Of a stretch of 64,000 bases of DNA, positions 35,601 through 45,919 are shown in pieces. Under the pieces are notes generated by a model. The model was not told where the DNA came from. It was given only the letters and a program-made list of their open reading frames with translations, and did no database searches. Numbering within the stretch: the stretch's first letter is position 1; the number at the start of each line of letters is the position of its first letter. Source of the stretch: Ascoidea asiatica JCM 7603 (Eukaryota > Fungi > Ascomycota); the NCBI GenBank assembly GCA_001600695.1, contig BCKQ01000001.1, positions 973,114 through 1,037,113 of the forward strand, given 5' to 3'. Both the position numbers and the translations under genes were made by a program.

Positions 35601-37295
35601 TTGTACTTTAGTTAAAGGACTTATTTGATCGTCATCAATAATTTTATTTGTTTTTGTGAATATAGAGCCAAGTTGTGATATACTCCTTGATGGAATTGGA
35701 GTAGATATTGATCTACCTTGTAGGTTTGAAATACTGTTATGAGAAGAAGAGATATTAGTGAAAGATGTTGATGGAGTTGATAAAGACACTTTTGTAGTTG
35801 GAGAAGATTTCATACTTTTTGGATTTATTTGTATTGGGGGACTTAAGCTTGTATGTACGGAATTTCTTAAAGAAGTTTTTATAGGGGTATTTGAAGAATT
35901 ACTCGACGAGATATTATCATAATTGTCGATTGAATTGGCGGACGAATTATTTAAAGAATTATGTAAGGAACTATTTATAATTGAATTTGTTGTAAATGAT
36001 GGAGTACTTCTTGATTTTTTATGATTATTATTGAAATTTTTTTTATTATTTCCATTCAGTTTTTTGTGATTATTACTTAGATTACTATAATTACTATTAA
36101 TATCGGGATGGAAAAAATCACTTTGATTTAAAGTATTCAGGGTATATTGTCTTTTTAAGGATGCCAAATTTTTAAGATAATTTGAATCTAGATCAGATAA
36201 AAATGAATTAATTTCAGTTTTTAATTGATCTTTTGAAAAATCTATATTAGTTTCAGTATTAGAAGTTGTGTTTGGAAAATCTTGATTAAAAATATAATTA
36301 TTTAATAGTAGATTTATTTTTCTTTTATAATTTAGGTCTAATAAATTTAATTCGTTTGATTTAAGATTAATATCATTTGATAGTTTATTTATAATAATAT
36401 CTTTTGATACAATTATTTTTAGTAAATTTTGGTTGATTTGATTGATCTCGTTAATGTTTGATATTATATCGTTTATATAATTATTTATATTATCAAAACT
36501 ATTCGAAGTTAAAATAGTTAAAGGAATTGAATCAGATGAAGATACTGAACAATACGATGGAGTTGATTTATGTGTGTAGTTGATATTATTATTATTGTTA
36601 TTATTGATATTATTATTATTTGTAATATTAGAAGAATTGATATTTGTAGATATGTTTGGATTATTTATTGATTTTGTTTTAGTTTTTGTATTTGTATTTA
36701 AATTTGAATTTAGATTTGAATTCGAGTTTGAATGTAAATTTGGATTTGGATTTGATAAAGGCCTTCTATGAGAGTTTTGAAAAGAAAAAGAATTATTTCT
36801 GGTATTGCTTTTATGAATAGAACTATAATTCAGATTATTGAGATTCTTATTTTTAATATTATTATTTTTGTTAATAGCTATTGGATTAGAATTAGGATTA
36901 GAATTAGAATTATATGAGCTAGCTCTTTTATGAATTGAACTTGGTCTATTTCTCGAATTTATACTATTAATTTTATTTACACTTGAAGCTGTTGCTGATC
37001 TTGAATGTGTGGCTGACGCGTTTGCAACTAAATCAATACGTCTGTTATTTATATTACTTATATTTCTTGAATTAATAATTGAGTTTCTACTAGAATTTGA
37101 AATACTTCTGGGACTATTTATATTTCTGATGTTATTATTTCTTATAATGGGTGATTTATTCTTATTGAGAATATTGTCATTTTTATTACTGATATTATCA
37201 ATTGATTGAGAGTTTTTTAGGATTGAATCTAATTGATCTGATTTGTCTATGGTTGGATTATATTTTAATTTATTTGTTAAAATTGAACTGGCCAT
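32682..37295 (-). CDS. TBC-domain Rab GTPase-activating protein with long disordered N-terminus
   Basis: IDRYG motif, GIPMNFRQKIW, Arg finger IKLDIHRT, Gln finger GYCQGMN, EEEAFW. Confidence 0.92.
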   Translation of the reverse strand: MASSILTNKLKYNPTIDKSDQLDSILKNSQSIDNISNKNDNILNKNKSPIIRNNNIRNINSPRSISNSSRNSIINSRNISNINNRRIDLVANASATHSRSATASSVNKINSINSRNRPSSIHKRASSYNSNSNPNSNPIAINKNNNIKNKNLNNLNYSSIHKSNTRNNSFSFQNSHRRPLSNPNPNLHSNSNSNLNSNLNTNTKTKTKSINNPNISTNINSSNITNNNNINNNNNNNINYTHKSTPSYCSVSSSDSIPLTILTSNSFDNINNYINDIISNINEINQINQNLLKIIVSKDIIINKLSNDINLKSNELNLLDLNYKRKINLLLNNYIFNQDFPNTTSNTETNIDFSKDQLKTEINSFLSDLDSNYLKNLASLKRQYTLNTLNQSDFFHPDINSNYSNLSNNHKKLNGNNKKNFNNNHKKSRSTPSFTTNSIINSSLHNSLNNSSANSIDNYDNISSSNSSNTPIKTSLRNSVHTSLSPPIQINPKSMKSSPTTKVSLSTPSTSFTNISSSHNSISNLQGRSISTPIPSRSISQLGSIFTKTNKIIDDDQISPLTKVQNNISQNNLSQTHICQNDLYSISTPQSVVPQENTISIEDNTINRHSSILENLNTSINKFNEFLKKNNLTISTSKLNFNKSKNNEPPKTPIDQITPENQTDQNDTDINKRDQANSPQNNGESSSTSNELVPKFNITPITPISSSSLTNIYYYHYQTLLDKNINDDTIQEMENENEFDSDTIENSDEIQKEDPETSTESNKPDESITKYNRNNTYKSKNIEENAGDNDENETANETEFHISHDISTSTGLNFSSTFNDTESVSNTIDTSLDSNNSISSSTSESFLMTHKINSMFNSNSFNMNNSSFSSDTGNTVQTRARHSSLINFKFNNINNWFSNRNSLNLTNNEIDNGISNNIKNNNRNEIQRLSIKKDQIIETSEILSSNNNSDSSKIPLELDNLIPNSEKPPTLLNNIHNRLIDRYGCFYDYDHFINNPPALSISHSPATTVSTSLTKKKKILDQKIDQKINQKNENKLYSSTTNLIKIAKKHDQKVQKINYAWNEFFTKVSISYNNASKQRIRSLSKSQAQLKKRTRSASMTNFDIKDEIMEENNHKLYSTFIGEVEEENDSTASDVEDNEEEINNNDNKLARLIPRSPLRGAVTNNLDDEIQSLLEEELISKDDYLGIFGTNLKKNNIKLYKEFRRLVFNGIPMNFRQKIWEECSGSKSIIIPGEYYDLLRNDINLTTINTLKKNKNFENLLKSESQIKLDIHRTMPYNIFFHGNDGPGVIKLKNILIAFNRKFPEIGYCQGMNLIVAIILLIFPKEEEAFWFFINITENILSKEFFKFDSKAIEIDSKVFSKLFKKYLPKLNFYLIEIKKINLDSIIINWFLTLLIDILPIEILFKCWDIILCLKGEIEIFRIFISIFKFFEKNLMIIEEESEIYDFLKNIKKKFKFFRFKSTDLTKLLNNYDNLISDDEIFKIRNNVLVEIHKINNESSSSNSDNSDNSDIDEYINRDNYRDNDNGVGNGANQFVL

Positions 37296-38543
37296 CTGAC
37301 TTGAATTGAAAAGGTTTCATTATTGATATTGATTAATAGATTAAATTTATTTATCTACTGTTTGAAATATCTAATTTGAATTATACAGTATATCTTCAGA
37401 TATTTGAGATATTATTGAGAGTAAAAGATTTTTTATATTATGAGCCTATAACCTGTATAGGAAGAAAGGTCTAAAGAAATATAATAAAAAAAAAGAGATT
37501 CCAAGATTTATTGATGTTCTTATATATAAATGAAATCAGTTTGATAATCTTGTAAAATTCATTCAAAAAGATATTTTTATCTCATAAAAAGTATGTTTGA
37601 TTTATCTTAAGATAATATATCACTGAATTATAAATGCAGTAGTAACTTTATGTGTAATTAATAATTCAGTATGAAAATAAACGAATTTCCAATATCGAAG
37701 TGGTGGGAGTTAAGTTTTGAGTATCTTTTATAAAATATTTTGTAATTCAGTTGTAATTGATGTGAATTGTGAATAATTATTGTGATTTATTTCATGTTTA
37801 TTTCATGATTTAGCCTAAGTTTTTGGTAATTGCTTTAGTTCTTCTTTTATGTTTTGGATCCTTTTGATCGTTTTTGTTTGTTTTCTGATCTTGTTGATGT
37901 TTTTGTAAGCAAATTCCCAAACCGCTTTGACCTCGCTCCCGATCAGAGTCCCTGAATCACCCCGATTCATGAGTGTTTCCCTTAAAAACGGGAACAGTCC
38001 AGCCACTGAATTCTGAAACGTATTTCTCAAGCAGGTTATTTCCCTGGCATTACAGAATCTAATGTAACGGCTATTTGCTTAGAAATGGTTAAAACCTGTC
38101 ACTTTACACTACAAAGACGGAGGCGTCACCCAGTGAATACATGCAATTTTTCATTTTTTTCCTGATTTTTATAAATTTTAATATATTTTCTTTGTTTTTT
38201 GTTTATTTTTACCTGATTTGTTCACATTTATTTTTTATTTTGATTATTTTATAGTTTTGATTTATTCTATTAATCGTTTTTTTACTTTTTTATTGTTTGT
38301 TTTTGTCATTTGGCTTTATTTAACTTGGAATTTTTTGATCAAAAGTTGTCCACCCCTATTGGCTTTTGACTTTTTCAATGAAAAAATTTCATCCATTTTC
38401 TTGACCTATTGTTGTTGTTGTTGTTGTTGCTTGAATTTTCATTCTTTCATTCTCAATAAATAACAAACAATCCAAATCAAGTAAAACCAGCAAAAAATAA
38501 AAATCTATAATAAATAAATATTCAAAAAATATTGAATTTTACT

Positions 38544-39965
38544 TCAAAGGCATCGAGAATGGACTAATTCAGGATTTTCTTGATATTCACCATATGTTAC
38601 CCACATTTTTTTAAATGTACTTAATCCACCAAGGATACTACCTCCAATCCAAGTACTATATTTTCTTTCAGGTGGTGCATATATTTTAATTTTTGTTCTT
38701 CTACTTGTATTGCTTTTCAATTCTAATAATAATCTTTCCCCAAATCCTTTGATCAATGTATTACCTCCACTTAAAACAATATTTTTAAATAATGAATTCC
38801 TTAGATCTAAATCAATTTTATTTATACTCTCAATTATTATATCTTGAATTCCATTATATTCACTACCTATTATATCTGGCTGAAAAAGTATTTCTGGACT
38901 TCTAAATCTTTCAGTACCAATATTTATAACTTTACCATCCGGCAATTTGAAACTTTCATATTTCTTATTTCGTGAATTATCGTCTTTTTTCTTAAAACAT
39001 TCCTGTTCATCATTCATATTACTATTGCTATTATTATTATTGCTAGTATTATTATTTGAAATGTTACTATTTGAGTTATTATTATCATTATTATTATTAT
39101 TGTTGTTTCTGTTATCTATAGTTGCACCACCGATAACTTTATTATCTATTTTTTTTTTATCAATTATATCCAATTTTGTTGAATTATTTTTATTTTTATT
39201 ATCATTACCACTCCCACTGATGTTACTATTGTTATTATTATTATTACTCATAGTTAACCAATCTCTTTCTTCTTTTTTTGGATCTTTTGATATATAACAA
39301 CATTTTTCCTTTATTATCCTAACGATTTCTTTTTCTGCACTAGTTTGTAATAATATTCCATTTCTTCTTAATAATAATTGCAAATGTTCAGTTATATCTC
39401 TACCTGCTAAATCAATTCTTTTTATAGCACTTGGTAATGAAAATCCTTCATAAACAGGTACACTATGAGAAACTCCATCACCTGAGTCTAATACTAAACC
39501 AGTAGTTTTACCACTAGAGTATAAAGCCAATACAGCTTGTATACTAAAATAAATTGCAGGAGAATTGAATGTTTCAAAAAAAATTTGAGAAATTTTATCC
39601 CTATTTCCTTTTGGATTCAATGGTGCTTCAGTTAATAAACATGGATGATCTTCTGGGCTAATTCTTAAATCATTCAAATAAATTGATTGCCACAACAATT
39701 CCATATCTTCCCAATTCTCAACAATTCCATGACTTATTGGATGATTTAATTTTAATAACCCTCGATTTTCTTGAGCTCTATTTCCAATGAAATTATTATC
39801 TTCGATTTCTCCAGCCATTACTCTGGAATATTTAGGTCTACCAACTATGGAAGGACAGTAACTTTTTGGTCTTTCTTCACCTGCAAATCCTGCTTTAATG
39901 GTTCCAGATCCATTGTCAATGACCACTGGCTGATTCAATAATATATTTGAAGCTTCTGTTTCCAT
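38544..39965 (-). CDS. ARP1: Actin-related protein Arp1 (centractin, dynactin)
   Basis: NQPVVIDNGSGTIKAGFAGE, IVGRPKYSRVMAG, TSAEKEIVR, KIKIYAPPERKYSTWIGGSIL. Likely start is the ATG at 39965 (METEAS); the track start is not ATG. Confidence 0.93.
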   Translation of the reverse strand: METEASNILLNQPVVIDNGSGTIKAGFAGEERPKSYCPSIVGRPKYSRVMAGEIEDNNFIGNRAQENRGLLKLNHPISHGIVENWEDMELLWQSIYLNDLRISPEDHPCLLTEAPLNPKGNRDKISQIFFETFNSPAIYFSIQAVLALYSSGKTTGLVLDSGDGVSHSVPVYEGFSLPSAIKRIDLAGRDITEHLQLLLRRNGILLQTSAEKEIVRIIKEKCCYISKDPKKEERDWLTMSNNNNNNSNISGSGNDNKNKNNSTKLDIIDKKKIDNKVIGGATIDNRNNNNNNNDNNNSNSNISNNNTSNNNNSNSNMNDEQECFKKKDDNSRNKKYESFKLPDGKVINIGTERFRSPEILFQPDIIGSEYNGIQDIIIESINKIDLDLRNSLFKNIVLSGGNTLIKGFGERLLLELKSNTSRRTKIKIYAPPERKYSTWIGGSILGGLSTFKKMWVTYGEYQENPELVHSRCL

Positions 39966-40456
39966 GATTAAAAAGAACAAAAAAATAAAAAGAAATATAG
40001 TTAAAAACTTCAAATAAGCAGTCAATTTGTTGCCAGTTGGTAATCCACTATACTAAGAATCCTCTTTTATTATAACAAGAATAACACTTCTGCAGTGCTT
40101 TGATAATTTTTTTTTTCAAAGTTGTATTTACATTTCTGATCTCTTTTCAAAACTTAACAATAACAAATAAACAACACTTTCAAATATTTAGTCCAAGACT
40201 ACGAGATCCGGCATTTTGTTGACATCCGCTGTCATAATTAGCGTTCTAAAAAGGTATGTATCTAAGCTTTACACTTCAACCGCAATGCGGAAATGCCAAC
40301 AGATTGCCGGATATTAATATTTGATTTTACTTTACTCATTTAAATTCAGTTTTATTTATTTTCATTTAGTTTTATTTATTTTTATTCAATTTCATTGATT
40401 TTTATTGATTTTTAGTCTCTGAGATGTATATAAAATAATAGTTAATAAAAAAAAAA

Positions 40457-41545
40457 TTACAATTGTAGTAATTCTGAGATATTATAATCAAAACCAGCCT
40501 TATTCAATTCTTTTTGTTTTATAGCTAATCTTTTGATTTGTTGAGCCTTTAATTTTTTCCATCTATGTTGATTTTTAGATTCATCATAATTACTAGCATC
40601 AATTGATTTCCATGGAAGTTTTTCAAATTTTTTATCACTTCCTTTGAATATATCATCAAAATGATGTAATTTAAAAGATTTCAACATTTCTTTAGTAAAT
40701 ATATGACATTTGATTAAATGATTAAATAAAAGATAATTATTCATTGTTTCACAAGCAATTTTAGCAACTTCAATATCTTCAAATTCTAAGAAACCATAAT
40801 GTTTTGATTTACCTGTTTTTTTATTTCTTGATAATCTTAATCTTGTAACAGTACCAAATTGTTCAAAATATTTTTTTAGCTGATCTTCTTCAAAACTTAA
40901 TGGTAATCTACCAATATAAATTATTCCTCTTTTACCCTTTTTATTTGATGATTGAATTTTACCCTTTGATTCATCAACTTTTTGTTCCTTAACTGTATAC
41001 TTTTTAGCAGTCAATTCGTTTTCAGCATTTTTTTTATCTGTTTCTAATTCTGCTTTAGAGTTTGAATCTAATTCATCTGCATCAGAATCAGAATCAGAAT
41101 CTGAAAAATCTGAAAAAGAATTATCTATAGTATTACCTATTTCTTCATCACTATCACTATCACTATCACTATCGCTTTCATTATCTTCTGCAATATAGGA
41201 AGAATCAGATTCACCTTCACTTTCTTCTAATTTCAATTCATCTTTTGATAATTCTTTAGCTTGTTTCTTCTGTAATTCTTTCTTAGTAAGTTCTTTTTTA
41301 TCACCATTAGTTTCATCTTTTTTTATTTCTTTCTTTTGTTTCTTTGAATCATTTTTCTTTAGTTCATCTTTTTTTGGTATGTTTTTCTTTGGGGAAATTT
41401 TTTTAGGAGCTTCTTTAGTAATTGTTTTTTTACTAGAAGTATCCTTTTGGACATTATTTACTTTCTTCAATACTTCTTTCTTAGAAGTTATGTGTTGAGA
41501 CTTAGAGTCTTTTGATTTTTTAGAATTTTTTGCAGCTTTACCCAT
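40457..41545 (-). CDS. NOP15: Nucleolar RRM protein Nop15 (60S biogenesis)
   Basis: GIIYIGRLP, RLRLSRNKKTGKSKHYGFLEF, ETMNNYLLFNH; K/acidic N-terminus. Confidence 0.92.
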   Translation of the reverse strand: MGKAAKNSKKSKDSKSQHITSKKEVLKKVNNVQKDTSSKKTITKEAPKKISPKKNIPKKDELKKNDSKKQKKEIKKDETNGDKKELTKKELQKKQAKELSKDELKLEESEGESDSSYIAEDNESDSDSDSDSDEEIGNTIDNSFSDFSDSDSDSDADELDSNSKAELETDKKNAENELTAKKYTVKEQKVDESKGKIQSSNKKGKRGIIYIGRLPLSFEEDQLKKYFEQFGTVTRLRLSRNKKTGKSKHYGFLEFEDIEVAKIACETMNNYLLFNHLIKCHIFTKEMLKSFKLHHFDDIFKGSDKKFEKLPWKSIDASNYDESKNQHRWKKLKAQQIKRLAIKQKELNKAGFDYNISELLQL

Positions 41546-41702
41546 TGTTCAAATGAAAATATTATGCTATAACTATCTACAGTACTGTTTCTCAATAATG
41601 TGATTTATAAGTAAATTCAAATAAGAATAGCGATAATTGCTTCGTTTATAAAATAAAATTACATTTGAAAATTTAATCAAACTTAATTAAAATTTAAATC
41701 TC

Positions 41703-41711
41703 AATTTTTCA
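41703..41711 (-). promoter_or_regulatory. RRPE-like element upstream of NOP15
   Basis: Minus strand reads TGAAAAATT. Similar TGAAA(A)TTT motifs lie upstream of the other ribosome-biogenesis genes: RRP42 (~44000), SSF1 (~47481-47489) and SGD1 (~62243-62252). AT-rich background limits significance. Confidence 0.45.
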
Positions 41712-42052
41712 GCATCCCAAAAAAAAAAATATTTTTAAGTTTCGAGGCTTGTTAATTATGGCTGGTGAAGTGCACTGCCACGGTTCATGGATATTAAACT
41801 TATGATCACGTTTCCGTCTTTTTTTTGGACACTCGAGACAAAAACCTGACTCGGACAGCGGATTTAGTTTTGGTTTGTTGTTGTTTCATTCTAGCGCCAG
41901 AGCAAAATCAAGATCTGAATTAAATTCAATTCCAAATTCAAAACCACCAGAAAAAGGAATGTTTGAAATCTAGGAACCCTTTTACTTTTGATAAGAATCA
42001 ATTAACTATAATTTTACTCTTAATTTGAAATTGAATATATCTATTAAACAAA

Positions 42053-42606
42053 ATGGTATGGGCGCTTATTTATAATTTTCTCTTTTTTTTTGTATCATAT
42101 TTCTCGAATCAGATTTTACTAACTTTTAGGTATAATTTTTCTAATTATTTTTTATAAAGTCTGACCAACTTACTGATGAACAAATAAACGAATTCAAAGA
42201 AGCTTTTTCTTTGTTTGATAAAGACAATGATGGTAAAATCACAACCAAAGAATTAGGTATTGTAATGAGATCTTTAGGTCAAAATCCTTCAGAAAGTGAA
42301 TTAAATGATATGATTAATCAAATTGATATTAATAGTGATGGAAATATTGATTTTCCAGAATTTTTAACTTTAATGGCAAAAAAATTAAAAGAAACTGATT
42401 CTGAAGCTGAAATTTTAGAAGCTTTTAAAGTTTTCGATAAAAATGGTGATGGTAAAATTTCTGCTGCCGAACTAAGGCATGTTTTAACTTCAATTGGTGA
42501 AAAGTTAACTGATGGTGAAGTTGATGAAATGATTAGAGAAGCTGATACTAATAATGATGGTGAAATAGATATCGCTGAATTTACTCAACTTTTAGCTTCG
42601 AAATAA
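42053..42606 (+). CDS. CMD1: Calmodulin, join(42053..42055,42160..42606), 149 aa
   Basis: ATG is directly followed by intron GTATGG(42056)...TACTAAC(42117-42123)...AAG(42159). The spliced product [23 protein letters not shown] has canonical length and four EF-hand loops. Confidence 0.95.
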
Positions 42607-42835
42607 TCAATTCATTAAATATATACAATGTATATATAATTTAAATTATCTCAAAATATAATACTATAATATTATTATTTATACCAAAATTTAATATATA
42701 ACATTTCAATATTAATAAAAAAATTGTACATAAGTAAAAAATTATGATATATTTAAAAATTAAAACTAAATGATATATAATGTATAAGGTATGATTTATA
42801 ATCTATTAAATACAGTATAAAGCAAAATATAAATA

Positions 42836-43846
42836 TTAAAACATTGGTCTTAAAAAATCATCATCTTCACTTTCTTTTGCAATAATATCTAATTCTTTAG
42901 CTATTTTTTCAGCAACATCATTAATTAAATTAATGGATTTTTTAAAATGTTCAAAATTTAAACCAAAATCTTTAGAATATTCATTTAATCTATTATTTGA
43001 TAATTTAATTGTTTCAATTGGATTAATTATATTATTTGAGCACCATCCAATAATTAATCCATTATCACTCACATATTCTTCTTCAATTGTTGGATCAAGA
43101 AATAAATTATTTGAAATTATAGCAATATTAAATATTAATGGTGGTGTTAATTTACAATTCTCTGGAAATAATGAAATGGAGTTACTCCAATCATCTGAGA
43201 AAATTGGTAATTCATTATTAGTATTACTTTCATCTCCATTAACTTTAAATTTATTTTCATTTTTTTTATTTATTTCATTCATATACTTATTTTTGTTATT
43301 ATTATTATTATTATTGTTGTCTTCATCAATATTATCCTCTAAATCATTTATAACCAATGGTAATTCTGTAGATTTTAATGCCAAATATGTCGCAAAACTT
43401 ATTAAACTTAATGGAAAATTTACCTCATTTAGTCCTGCATTTGATATAAATAATGTATCTATAGATAATTTGAAATAATTATTTTTAAAACCTTTTAATT
43501 TCAATAATTCAAAATCTAAACTATTTCTAAGAAATTTATTAAAAATTGTAGATAAGTTTGTTATTAAATTTGAATCATCTCTAAATCCAGGTATATTAAA
43601 TGAAAAATCAATTAAATCAGAAAAACTTTCCTCACTTGTCAATACCACAACCGAAGCTTTTATACTAACAATACATTCATTACCATCACTTAATCTAATT
43701 CTTGATGAACCATTAGAATTTGGTAAAAAATTGCAAACTGCTTCAATTGGCCTAAATTGATTAACTGCTCTAGAATCTGGCCTTATAGGCGTAGGTAAAG
43801 ACAAACTATCATGTAAGTAATCTCTTTCTGCGGGAGAAAAAATCAT
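42836..43846 (-). CDS. RRP42: Exosome RNase PH-like subunit Rrp42
   Basis: FSPAERDYLHDSL..PIRPDSR...FRPIE...FLPNSNGSSRI, ALKSTELP, ELPIFSDDW, LDPTIEEE. Confidence 0.92.
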   Translation of the reverse strand: MIFSPAERDYLHDSLSLPTPIRPDSRAVNQFRPIEAVCNFLPNSNGSSRIRLSDGNECIVSIKASVVVLTSEESFSDLIDFSFNIPGFRDDSNLITNLSTIFNKFLRNSLDFELLKLKGFKNNYFKLSIDTLFISNAGLNEVNFPLSLISFATYLALKSTELPLVINDLEDNIDEDNNNNNNNNKNKYMNEINKKNENKFKVNGDESNTNNELPIFSDDWSNSISLFPENCKLTPPLIFNIAIISNNLFLDPTIEEEYVSDNGLIIGWCSNNIINPIETIKLSNNRLNEYSKDFGLNFEHFKKSINLINDVAEKIAKELDIIAKESEDDDFLRPMF

Positions 43847-44262
43847 CTGAATTATTTCTTTTGAATGGTGTATAATTTATATTTACTACTGTAGATATAT
43901 TTTTGTTTATATAATATGATTATCTAAAAGTACCAAATGGGTTTTATTTGAATTATATTTTAAAAAATCGAAGTTTTAAAATGTAAAATCTTAAAAGGAA
44001 ATTTTCAAAATTATTCAAGAAAAAAAATTTAAAATCCTTCCCTCGCGGATTTCCACTAACATAAATTTATTCATTTTTCGTGTCTAATAGAAGAAGCATT
44101 GAAAAAACAATAATCAAATATTAATAAACATCCTTCAAGAAGATTATCGTGGATATATCTTTGAAAATAATAATCAAAAATTTAATTAAAAAACCTTTCA
44201 TTATAAAGTATTTTTTTAAATGGTTTTTCATTAGGTTCCTTTCTTGCATTTTTAACGGAAAA

Positions 44263-45819
44263 ATGAGTCGCAGAAATCCCGAATACTACAAAACTTTTCA
44301 AAATGAATCTAATCCTCAAAATTTAAGTGAGTTCAATGCGAGATTAATTGAACATAAAGGTTTCTGTGTTTCTTTGCCTTTTCTCCTAATTGGAGCTTAT
44401 CGAATTAATTCTTGGAATGTAAATAGGCCCTCGGTTTTGATATTATCTGATTTAACTTCAGCAAATGATCCTTTGGTCGAATTAAGAGATATAGAGCCTT
44501 ATGAATTAATAAATGTTTATAATCCGATTCTTAATATTCGTTTAGATCAGCTTTTGTTAGGCTCCATCAGATCGAGAGACTTTATTAATTTGCAAAAGAG
44601 TTGCATAAAGTCAATGAGTTATGCCGTTACTCACAATCCTAAAAATTATATTGATCTTTCAAATCAGGGGATTTTGGTGATTGTTGAAATGTTTTTGAAA
44701 ACTTATAAAGGTAGATTGGAAGCTTTGGTTAATAATATAGCTGTGATTGATGAAACATTAATCAAGAAGGATTTCAATAACATGAAAATGACATATCCAA
44801 CATCTAATGTTAAAAATTTAATTAATAATTTAATCAGTAGAATAAATGAGAATGCTTCTGAAGATTGGTTAAAAAAGAGGTTAAATAAAAACTCGTTTTT
44901 ATATAAGCAGTTATCTAAAGATTTGAAAGATAATGAAGCATATCTATTTGCAAATATTCCTGATAATTCGTCTAATAAAGTGGATTCTCAAGAGCTTCAT
45001 CATCTTTCAAATTCAGATCCAAGTTCGGAAATAATATTTAATTTTAATAATTCAAATGATATCGATTCGCAATCGAACTTCAATTCTCAATTTACTCAAA
45101 ATTATTTTGCAGAAGAATCTCAAAGATTAGAAAAGACACAATCACATTCCTCTCCTAGCCCGAAAAGATTTTACAATCAAAGCTTAGTAGCTAGGAACTA
45201 TTCACCAACTAGTAAATATGATACTCCTAAAATACCAGGGACTGATTCTGAAAACCTTTCAGAATCTACTTCTTTCAAAAATGTAAATATAAAAAATATT
45301 AATTGTAATACAAATGAAAACCCACTAGTGCTTTCAATAAAACAAATCAATGATTTATATAATTCAGGTCAAATGGAAGAAAATTTATTCGAATTGAAAG
45401 ATGTTGTTATTATTGGAGTTGATTTCTATGATGAAACTTCTTTAAGTAAATTCTCATATGATTTTTTTTCAAATAAACCTCATAAAGCACTTAAAATTTT
45501 AGAATTTTCATTGATACTAGCTGATGAAAAAAAGCTTTCAGATGAGCCAGTTTATTCTTCGAAAGAATTACTAAAGCTTTCATTTACAACTGAAAAAGAA
45601 ACAAAAAAATTCTTAAATATTCTTAAAACAAATTTGATTGATGAAACAAATCAAATTAGAATCAATAAAGAACTTCAAAATAGAGTAAAATCACTTGTTG
45701 ATAATTTTGATCAAAAGTTTACATTTCTAGTAAAGCATACAATTTATCCAAATGGCTTCGAAGATATTTGGAGTCCAGTTAATGTTACATTAAAGGATCT
45801 TGTTTTGAAACTAAAATAA
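44263..45819 (+). CDS. CDC13: Putative Cdc13 telomeric ssDNA-binding protein, short DBD+OB4 type
   Basis: First ATG at 44263. LILSDLT...DLSNQGILVIVEMFLKTYKGRLEALV aligns by eye with the S. cerevisiae Cdc13 DBD as I recall it (FLFSDFT...NLSQYGIVCKMNIKVKMYNGKLNAIV). An S/Q-rich linker precedes a second globular domain ending WSPVNVTLKDL. The ORF itself is secure; the name is by motif recall. Confidence 0.68.
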   Translation: MSRRNPEYYKTFQNESNPQNLSEFNARLIEHKGFCVSLPFLLIGAYRINSWNVNRPSVLILSDLTSANDPLVELRDIEPYELINVYNPILNIRLDQLLLGSIRSRDFINLQKSCIKSMSYAVTHNPKNYIDLSNQGILVIVEMFLKTYKGRLEALVNNIAVIDETLIKKDFNNMKMTYPTSNVKNLINNLISRINENASEDWLKKRLNKNSFLYKQLSKDLKDNEAYLFANIPDNSSNKVDSQELHHLSNSDPSSEIIFNFNNSNDIDSQSNFNSQFTQNYFAEESQRLEKTQSHSSPSPKRFYNQSLVARNYSPTSKYDTPKIPGTDSENLSESTSFKNVNIKNINCNTNENPLVLSIKQINDLYNSGQMEENLFELKDVVIIGVDFYDETSLSKFSYDFFSNKPHKALKILEFSLILADEKKLSDEPVYSSKELLKLSFTTEKETKKFLNILKTNLIDETNQIRINKELQNRVKSLVDNFDQKFTFLVKHTIYPNGFEDIWSPVNVTLKDLVLKLK

Positions 45820-45919
45820 AGAACATTAATATTGAAATTAATATTAAAGTTAAACTCTACACAGCTATATATATATGAACACTATATTTTTATTTTTGAT
45901 AGTCTTTAACATGGTTTAT

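Noticed and set aside
39966-40025. Signal-peptide-like hydrophobic N-terminal extension on Arp1 in the ORF track (similarly 44149-44262 for the Cdc13-like ORF)
   Set aside because: Begins at a non-ATG codon and is translated T-rich leader; homology begins at or after the first ATG.
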